From the IMG/VR virus record IMGVR_UViG_3300046012_000505, positions 37,003-101,002 of that record: DNA of 64,000 nt, one strand, 5' to 3'. Positions 52,516-61,300 of the stretch are shown one piece after another. The stretch comes from a virus. The translations under genes and the position numbers were made by a program. Numbering within the stretch: position 1 is the first letter of the stretch; every line of letters starts with the position of its first letter. The notes below the pieces were generated by a model. That model ran no database searches, was not told the DNA's origin, and saw only the letters and a program-made list of their open reading frames with translations.

Positions 52516-53691
52516 TCACGGCGTCGTCACGCAATGCTCGAAGATGATCTGCCCGCTCGCATCGGCCGGCCCGTTATCGACCGCCAGAAGCTGCGGATCG
52601 ACCGGGAACCCTTGCAAGACGCAGCCGCGGAAGATGAATTTCGCCCCAGGCTGGCTAGAATTGTTCGTCCGCAGATTGAGCGTTTCGGTCTTGTTGTCGG
52701 CCGCGATCATGCAGGATTGCAGCGTGACGATGCCGCCCCAGGGTCCAGCGGAGTCGACGAAATTGGCCTTGGTCAGGTTGGCATCGCTCTGGAGCGCATC
52801 GCAGCCGAACTGCATACCGGTGACGAGCACGGTGCTTTTCGCGTTCGAGCCGGCGAGCGCGTTCCCGTAGACCTGCGAGAGGTGCTCGACCCGGCCACCG
52901 AAGAAATTGGCGATCGATGTGTTTCCGTTGTCGCGGAAGAGCGTCGTGTCGGAGACGGTCGAGCCGGCATACTTGCTGGCCGTGCCGTTGAAATCCGTGA
53001 CGTGCAAACCCCCGCCACCGTTGGTGTGGTTGAGGTAGAACCACGTCCCGCCGGCGTTGAGGAGACCGGCGCAATGATCGAAGGACTGGACATAAGCCTG
53101 CCCGGCATCCGAATAGAACCAGGTATCGCAGCCGGCGCCGTAGCAGCCCTCAAAGCGGATGTTCTCGCCGTTGGCCCCGGTGCCCACCAGGATGGCGAAG
53201 GAGATCGCGGCACCCGAGACATGGACACGCTCGACGGCATGGTTCGAGAACTCCGTCGAGTTGAAGAGAAGACCGTAGGCGGCGCTCTTCGCCGTCGAGC
53301 AGTTGAGCCCGAAATTGTCGAACTTGCAGTTGCGCCACAGCGAGCTGCCGACCTGCATGATCGCGTTGAACGGGCCGGCGCCGTCGAGGCGGATGAGCGT
53401 GCCGCCGGGGCCGCCGCCGTCATCGATCTTGCAGCCGTCGCCGTAGAGCCGCCAGCCGGCGCGGTTGTTGCCGCCACCCATCGTCGAGCCGATGACGAGC
53501 GGCGCCGTGATGCGGTAGGTGCCCTTGGGGATGTAGCAGTTGATCCCGGCGTCGCGCGCCTGGGTGATGATGCTCTGGAGCGCCGCCGTGTCGTCGGTCG
53601 CGCCGTCGCCCTTGACGCCGTATTCCTTGACGTTGATGACGGCCGGCGATATCAGCCGTCCATTGGCGTTCTCGGTCAGCACATCCGACAT
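52516..53691 (-). CDS. pectate-lyase-like beta-helix protein (tailspike/depolymerase candidate)
   Basis: [21 protein letters not shown]...[11 protein letters not shown]. Confidence 0.85.
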   Translation of the reverse strand: MSDVLTENANGRLISPAVINVKEYGVKGDGATDDTAALQSIITQARDAGINCYIPKGTYRITAPLVIGSTMGGGNNRAGWRLYGDGCKIDDGGGPGGTLIRLDGAGPFNAIMQVGSSLWRNCKFDNFGLNCSTAKSAAYGLLFNSTEFSNHAVERVHVSGAAISFAILVGTGANGENIRFEGCYGAGCDTWFYSDAGQAYVQSFDHCAGLLNAGGTWFYLNHTNGGGGLHVTDFNGTASKYAGSTVSDTTLFRDNGNTSIANFFGGRVEHLSQVYGNALAGSNAKSTVLVTGMQFGCDALQSDANLTKANFVDSAGPWGGIVTLQSCMIAADNKTETLNLRTNNSSQPGAKFIFRGCVLQGFPVDPQLLAVDNGPADASGQIIFEHCVTTP

Positions 53692-53696
53692 CGCGG

Positions 53697-54683
53697 TCAC
53701 GGGATGACGGCGCGCACCAGCCGGGACCACAGGCTGGCATGGGCCTCGTCCCGCAGCGCGGCGATCTCGGCCTGCTGTTCCTGCATGCCCTTGACGAGGA
53801 GCGCGATGATCGCCTCTGGGCGGTAGGATTTCGGCGTCGCCATGTCGTCCTCGTAGAGCGCGGCGCGCGGCTCGACCGCGGCGACGTTCTCGGCGTTGAG
53901 GCCGATCTGCAGGGCGGCGCCGTTGGGGTCGGCGTTGCTGCCGCCGAGCGCCATGTGGAAGCTGCCGGGGGCGAGGCGCATCACCTCGGCGAGGGCGCCC
54001 GCCTCGAGCGGCTTCCAGTCGGGCTTGAAGCGCAGCGATGAAATCGTGCAGCTGCCGGCCGCCTGGATGAGGATCTGGCCGCTCGCGGAGAGACACACCA
54101 CGTCGGCGTTGGTGCCGGTCGTCGTGTTGGTCAGAAACACATGCTGGCTCGTGTCGATGGTGAGCGCGTTCGTCGCGTTGGTCTGGACGAACAGACCGCC
54201 AGTAGTGTTCAGCGTCAGCGAGTTCGCGCCGTTTCCGGTGGAATTGCCGCTGCCATTGAGCAGAAGCGACGAATAGCCGTCCGCGGTGTTGTTGCCTATG
54301 TAGTAGCCGGCCTGAGCCGCAATTCCAGTGCTCTTGTTGACCACGCTAAGCGAGTTGTTCTGGTTGGTGCTTCCATCCAGGGTGAAATAGCTGCCGTTTC
54401 GTGTGGAGGCGCCGCCGGCACCCTGGCCCGTTAGGATCGCAGCGTTCCTAACACTGAACTGCGAGCTGTTGTTGATCGCGATGTCGATCGCGCCGCCGGC
54501 GCTCGTCACCCCATTGCCGCGAACACCATAACCCGCCGTGTTGGTGGTCGGAAAGAAGCTCCCGGCCACGCACGGCGCGCCCGGCGAGCAGTCCGGGTTG
54601 TTGATGCTCGATTGCTGCGCCCGCGCCGGCAGCGCGGCGAGGACGAAAGCGGCGAGGAGAAGCGCAAGACGGCGCATGCTCAC
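53697..54683 (-). CDS. fibre-like protein with signal peptide and C-terminal S74 intramolecular chaperone
   Basis: [22 protein letters not shown]; SSLRFK...[11 protein letters not shown]...[17 protein letters not shown]. Confidence 0.8.
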   Translation of the reverse strand: MSMRRLALLLAAFVLAALPARAQQSSINNPDCSPGAPCVAGSFFPTTNTAGYGVRGNGVTSAGGAIDIAINNSSQFSVRNAAILTGQGAGGASTRNGSYFTLDGSTNQNNSLSVVNKSTGIAAQAGYYIGNNTADGYSSLLLNGSGNSTGNGANSLTLNTTGGLFVQTNATNALTIDTSQHVFLTNTTTGTNADVVCLSASGQILIQAAGSCTISSLRFKPDWKPLEAGALAEVMRLAPGSFHMALGGSNADPNGAALQIGLNAENVAAVEPRAALYEDDMATPKSYRPEAIIALLVKGMQEQQAEIAALRDEAHASLWSRLVRAVIP

Positions 54684-55189
54684 ATCTCCTTCGCGACGTA
54701 TTGGTGGCCGCTCGTCGTCGCGTTGACCGTGATCGCCTCGGTCGAGACCGGCCCCCCGCCGCTGTCATAGGAGCCGCAGGGCAAGAGCTCGATCGAGGTG
54801 CCGCCCGCGATCGACGCCGCCGAGGTGAAGTTGATGACGAGGTTTTCCGCCGCGGCGATGTTCTGGCTCGTCGCCGAGCAGGGGTTCTGGATGAGGATGC
54901 GCTTGCGCGAGGCATTGACGGCGGCGAGGGCCTGCGAGGTGCCCCCGGTCGCGATCGTGCCCGACCGGTTGGTGAAGGTGCCGTTCAGCGGAGCAACGCC
55001 GCCGCTGTTCGACGTGACCAGCGGCGTCGTGGCGTTGCCGCATGGCGTGCCGGGCGCATTCGTGGCGCCGCACTCGATGACCGCGCCAGGCGATTGCTGG
55101 CCAGTGGTGCTGTTGGTATAGGTGGTCGCCCAGGTGATCGCCGCCGAGAGCAGCAGGATCACTAGCGAGGGGGCAATAAGGCGCCGCAT
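54680..55189 (-). CDS. beta-rich protein with signal peptide
   Basis: MRRLIAPSLVILLLSAAITWA; SGTIATGGTSQ...N..RK..LIQNP. Confidence 0.75.
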   Translation of the reverse strand: MRRLIAPSLVILLLSAAITWATTYTNSTTGQQSPGAVIECGATNAPGTPCGNATTPLVTSNSGGVAPLNGTFTNRSGTIATGGTSQALAAVNASRKRILIQNPCSATSQNIAAAENLVINFTSAASIAGGTSIELLPCGSYDSGGGPVSTEAITVNATTSGHQYVAKEM

Positions 55190-55274
55190 CGGTCACTCCG
55201 ACCGGCCGGTCTCGCGGCGTGCGGGATGGCAGGAAATCGGTGAGACCGGCGGCGCGCCGGGCTGAATGGCGCGC

Positions 55275-55303
55275 AGTTTACTCGGTTAGGGGCGCGCGGG
55301 CAA
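55275..55303 (-). promoter_or_regulatory. sigma70-type promoter for the fibre/lysis block
   Basis: TTGCCC-17 bp-TAAACT on the minus strand, followed by a structured leader. Confidence 0.55.
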
Positions 55304-55359
55304 GACTGGGACGTCGGACGCGCGGCGGCAGGCTCGCACGCCCCGGCCCGCAGCAACCC

Positions 55360-58300
55360 TTACGGCGCCGCAAACGGCGAGTTCATCTTTGCCTCGCGCT
55401 GCCCTCGCGGTCCGCGTTTCATGGCGGTCGTGTCCGGGCTGATCCGCTGCGCCAGCCGCTGTTTGATCGCCTTCGCCGTCACCGCGACATCCGGATTCTT
55501 GGCGAGCAGATCATGCAACTCGTCCTGCAGCCGGCCGGCTTCTGCCGCGTCGCCGCGGGCAGACGCCGCCATGGCCTGTTCCTCGATCGCGGTCGCCTGG
55601 CCGAGCTTCTCCGCCTGCAATTCCTGTTTGGCGTGATCCGTCCGGTATTCGTAGTCGCGGTATTCGTAGTCGCGCGCCAGCCTGGCGCCGGTGAAACCGA
55701 GCCCCGCCGCCACCTGATCGGCGGTCGTGACGTCCTTCGCCGGAACGATCACATCGCCCTTCTGCGTCCGGACGCCTTCCGTCGGGAACGCCTCGGCGCC
55801 GCGCACGAGGTTCCGCGCCGCCGACGGCAGCAGTTCTGCTGCCGCGGCGATCGGCTGACCGCCGTGCGTGTACCTTGTGTGCGCCGCCGACAACCGCTGG
55901 TAAAGCATCGATGGCACCACGCCGAGCGCGGAGGTCGGCGTCAGGTTCTTCGACCCGGCATCGCCGAACCCCAGCCGGCTCGAGAGGTCGATCCCCAGCA
56001 CGGACCGCGCCGGACCGCGCAGCATCATCTCGGCGGCGAGCTTCGAGAACCCGACGTCCTCCATGAGCTGGTAAATCCGCGCCTCTGCCTGTGGGTCTAT
56101 GCCGGTCAGCATCTTGTGCATCTCGTCGTAGGCCTTCTCGGCATCGCCGGCGAACGGCAGCCCCAGCGCGCCGCCGAGCATACCGAGACCAGCCATCATG
56201 AACAGGGCCGCGCCCTTACCCTCCGGTCCCATGCGGTGCATCATCTTCCACACGGACGAGAGGTAGTTCATCTCAAAGTTCCGGAACTGGAACAGCATCG
56301 TGCCGGCGGCGCCGCGTGCCATCGGCGCCCGGTTCGTCTTGCCCCAGACGAACAGCCCCTCGTCGACCAGGAATTTCGCCATCGAGGCCGGCGTCAGGCC
56401 GTCCCGGGCGGCCATGCGCTGGAACACCTGATTATTGCCCCACGCCTTGGCGCCCTTCTCCAGCATGCCGGGCTGGCTGTAGAGCCGGTATCCGGCCAGC
56501 AGGGCGCCGACGCGGTTCACCTGATCGGCCGTGCTGATATTCGATGCCGCGATGTCGAGCATGCGGCCCCACATCTTGGCGTGCGGCCGCAATGCCTCGC
56601 TGTGCCCCTGGCCGAGCCCGCGGATGTCGTCGGCGGCCACGGCGTGGATGAGGCCGGTCCGCAGAGCCTCGGCGATCAACGCCTTCTCCGCCGGCGTCCG
56701 CCCCATGCGGTCCATATCGACGTGCAGGCCACGCTCGCCGTTGACGCGGATCGCGCGCACCGCCTCGCCGAGCGCGCCGTAGAGGTGGCGACCGGCCGCA
56801 CCGTATCCGACGCCGGCGCCGAGCGTCGCGTGGGCGACCATCGGACCGTGGGTCGCGATCAGCGCCGTGCTCGAGGGATTGGCAGCCAGCGCCCAATAGA
56901 ACCCGAACTGCCGCAGCGCCTGCATCTCGGTCTTCGGGCTGTTCTGATACTCGGACCATTTCTGCCAGTATTGGCGAACGCCCGGGTCGGGGTGCGTGTC
57001 GATATAGGCTTCCTGCGCCTGCCGGATCGCGTCGCGGTGCAGCATGTCGGCCGCGTGGCCGGACGTCCAGCCGAGGTATGAGCCAGTCGCGCGTTCGAAG
57101 TCCGGGCTGTAGCCTGGCACGGTCCTCGACCGCCGTTTAAATCCAGCCTTCATCTCCTCATACATCTGGTCGCGCATCTTCTCGACCATCGGGCCGTACA
57201 ACTCGCTGTCCTTCTGCTGCAGCGCCATGAACAGCTTCTCGACCGCCGGGATGTCGAGTTTCCGCAGCGCCTCGGCGTTGCGCGCCAGATAGCCATCCTC
57301 AATCCGGTGCGTATCGGATTCCCATCCCTGTTCTCCGCGGCGCCAATTCCCCGGGTATTTCGCCCGCAACTCTTTGATGCGCGCGTCCGCCGTCTTCGGA
57401 ACGCGACCGTTATCGGCCTTGCCGAAAAGCTTGTCGAACGCCCCCTTGCTGTCGACGAGTTCGAAGCGAACAACGTCGGGATGGCCGCCCAACGAATCGG
57501 GCGCCTTCCCTGCTTTTTCCTTCACGGCGATGTAATAGTCGCCGAACCGCATCAGCGGCACGTATCCCGACCGCGCCTGCCCCTGCATGTTCTCGACGAG
57601 GTCGGCGATGCCGCGCAGCCGCTTCGCCTCGCCGGCCGCCAGCATCGGCCGATCGGCGGCCGCGCGAATTGCCGCCGGATCGACCGCGCCATCCCATCCG
57701 AGTTTCCGAGCAGCCGACTCGGTCAGCGTGTTCCACACGTCGCGGAACAGCGCGCGCCGCTCGTGGTAGACAGCCGACGTGGCCGGGTCGAGCGCGATCG
57801 CCTGACCGGGCTTGCTGTGCTCGGCTTCTTCCTGTCCCTCGTTCCGGGCGACGATCTGCCGGCCATCGTTCGGCCGCACCCTGCCGTTGAGCCGGTCCAA
57901 CTCCTCGACCGCGTGCAGCCGCGTCCGCTGCGCCGGCGACAGGTCGACATAGCCCTTCGACTTCTCCGCCCAATCGTGATGCAGCCCGTTCGCCGTCGCA
58001 TCCTTCCGCCGCCACTCGTCCCAGACGCGCGACGAGCGCCAGTCCATGGTTGCCAGCGAGCGCGGCAGGATGACAAACTTCTCGAGCGCGCCGAGGAACT
58101 TGGTCGGGGCGCCCTTCGCCGACGGCAGCATCCTCGCCAGCGTGCGCGCGTAGGTGCCGGCACCCTTGCCGCCGTTCGCCTCTGCCATGGCATCCGCCAC
58201 GTTATCCATTGGATCGTGGCCGCCTGGCGCGATCTCCGGCACCTCTGGGTTGGCCGGACGCTGGAACAACGCACCCTGCTTCGGTTGCTGGTCGCCGAAC

Positions 58301-61300
58301 AGGCCGCCCGGCTCCTCCTGGGGTTTCCCGCTGCGTAGTTTGCTCTGCCGTTGGAGCAGTTTCGCCTCCTGCTGCGCGCGGCGATCGTCCTCGACGCGCG
58401 CGGCCTCCCGCGGCGTCACCCGCTCGGCGCCGGGGATGACCCGCTGCGGGCCTTGATCGGTCTGGTCGATGGTCGGCCGCTGGGCGGCTCGCTTGACACT
58501 CGCGCCGGGCGCGTGGTTATCTTGCTCGCCGCCCTTGGTTAGCGACTCCTGGCGCGGGGATATAGTTGAGGGCTGCGGCCCCCGACCTGAAATTTCCCCC
58601 GAGCGAGAGCTGCCATTGGCGGCGCCTTCATTATCATCCTGCCATTCTCTGAACGAGTAACCTCCGCCAAACCCGTCGCCGGCATGTCGGTAGTCCTCGT
58701 TTTCTATCGCCGCGATGTGATCGCCGAGAGATAGCCCCGGCTCGATCGCGACATTGGTTTTCCAGGAGCCGCCTTGCCGTTCCCCGTTCTTCATCCCAAG
58801 CGCGTGATCGGAGATCCGGATTTGCTCGCCGTTGAGTTCGCCGGAGCGGCTTAGGTAGTAGGAGGACGCGCTGTCGCCTTTCTTTGAAACGTGATCGATG
58901 CGCCAGCCGCGCGCCAAGAGAGCATCTTTCAGGTCCGCTAGTATAGACGCTCGCTGCGCAGACCCGCGCTGGGCGGCCGCAGCCATCTCCGGCACGCCGG
59001 TTGACTCGCCAGCGCGCCGACCCACAGCGCCGCTCTCGATGCGGGTGAACACGTCGTCTGGCGTCACGTTCTTGCCCAGCACGGAGCGCGCCGCCGCAGC
59101 AACCCGGCGCCGGAACAGGTCAAGCTTGTAGAAAATCGGCTGCAGCCACTCGGGGAGCCGAGAGATCAACCCGCCGTCGCGCCGCCAGTCGGAGAACCGC
59201 TCGGCGATCGCCTCCTCGAGGTGCCCGTCTGCCGACAGGCCCGGCCAGCGGTTCGCCACGTCGTATTTCTGCGACCAACCATCATCGGCCGCACCCTTCG
59301 TCAGCGCGGCCCACTCGTCAGCACCCAGCAGGCCGGACCGGCGGAGTTGATGGATAACCTCATGGCGCATGGTCTGCTCGGCATCGGGCGACTTGAGCGA
59401 CCACGAGACGATATGCGCGAGGCTTTCCGGGTCGACATGCGTGGCGCCGAACGTGCCGAACCGCTGGCCGCCCGCGTCCTCGCCGCGCAACGAGGTCGCC
59501 GCCTGAGTCTTGGTCCCCGGCGCCATTTTACGCGCGATTTCATTTACACGGTCGGACAGCGCCCGCTCGGCCGGCGTGAACTCGGACTCGGGCTTGAACG
59601 TGCCGGTCAGGTTGCTGGCGAGGCGGCGGCGCTGGCCTTCGCCGACGTTGCCGGGCAGCGCCTCGACAGCGCCGTGCTGTTGCGCCGCCTCATCTTCCGG
59701 CGCCGCCTCACCAACAGGCAACTCCTTCGGCTTCTCGACCGGCTTCAACTCGGTCTCGAGATCGCTCACCGCACGGCGCAGTCGTTCGATCTCGTCATAG
59801 CCCTCGAATGGCTTCCCGATCTGCGGGCGCAGCGAATCAAGATACCGCTGCGCTTCCGCTCGCTGCTCCTGGCTATAGCGCAGGTCGCCTTCCATGTTCC
59901 GGATGCGGTGTTCTGCCGATCCGATGACGCTCGACGCGCTGTGCCCCTCGCCCTTCAACTGGTCGAGCTCGTCACCGTTCCGGCGCAGGTAATATTCCGG
60001 GTTGTCGCGGCCGTCCTTGGCGACGATCAGCGGGAATCCGCCGATCGAGCCAATCTCGGCCTCGCCGCCGCGCGGCAGTCCCGGGAACACCTTAGCGTGC
60101 GCGTCCGACAGCGCGATCGCCGCATCCTTCCTGACCGCGAACGGCTTGCTGCCTACCCGCATATTGAACAACTCGCCGCGCGTGTCCTTGCGCTGGGCGA
60201 GGTCCTGCTGCACCGCCGGAATGCGCTTGTCGAAATGCGCGATCCTGCTCTGCGCATCGCGTGCCCGCGCCTTCATGCCGTACTGCTCGCGGTCGTAAGC
60301 CTGCAACCGGCGCTGCGCCTTGTCCAACTGCTGGCGCAGGTCGGTCAGCGTGATAAGCCGCTCGTCGGACGTCGCCATGGCCGACGCCTGCTCGTACATG
60401 CTGGCCTCGCCCAGGTCTTCCATATCGCGGAGTTCCGGGTCACCGCGGAAGAACTGCTCGATGAACCGCCCCTTGCGGCCCATCATCTGCCACATCGTCG
60501 AGTCGTATGTGCCCTTGGTCGAATAATCGTGAATCTGCACTTCCGGGTTGAGGTTGCCCTGCCGGATCGCTCGGCCGACGCGCTGCTCGTCATCCGCCGG
60601 GAACCACAGCGGGTCTTGATTGTGCAGCGCGACGAGCCGGCGCTGCGCGTTGACGCCGGTGCCCATCTTCTGCGTCGAGCCGATCAGGATGCGGACCTTG
60701 CCCTCGTTCACGTCATTGAAAAGCTTCTGCCGGGCGACGTGCGACTTGTAGTCCTTGATGAACGCGATCTCGTTCGCCGGCACGCCGCGGCGGATCAAGT
60801 CGCTTTTCATCCACTGGTAGCCCGAGAAATCGCGCGTGCCGCCCTCGCCGATGCCAAGATTGGCAAAGACCATCTGCGCTGCCGGCCCCTTGAACAGCGG
60901 CTTTTCGTAGTTGGTCTTCGGGTCATAGAATTGCTGGTTCTTCGTGTCCTTCCAGATGCGGTGGACGTTGTCGATCATCGCGTTGAGTTTCGACGACGGA
61001 TCGTTCGGCGATGCTGCGCCTGCCACGAACCGTGGGTCGATCGCCGCGTGTCGCCCGTCGTTGATGACGGACAGCAGGATGTCGTCGCCCTTCTGCGGCG
61101 GCCCCTTGCGCTCCCTGATCGCTTTGATGCGGTCCGCCAGAACCTGCTGGTAATCCCTCAGCGTGTCGGTCAGCGGCGCAAGGTGGAACTGGCGCTGTCC
61201 GCCGGCCATCTTCGGCCGCACGACGTACTGCTCAAGCTGGCTCGGCGTGACGACGTCCATGACGCCGCCGACCATCTTGTAGAGCTCCGGGATATTCACG

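Noticed and set aside
55343-55354. CCGGCCCGCAGC shared with 50094-50105
   Set aside because: A 12-bp GC-rich match is expected by chance in 64 kb of this composition.
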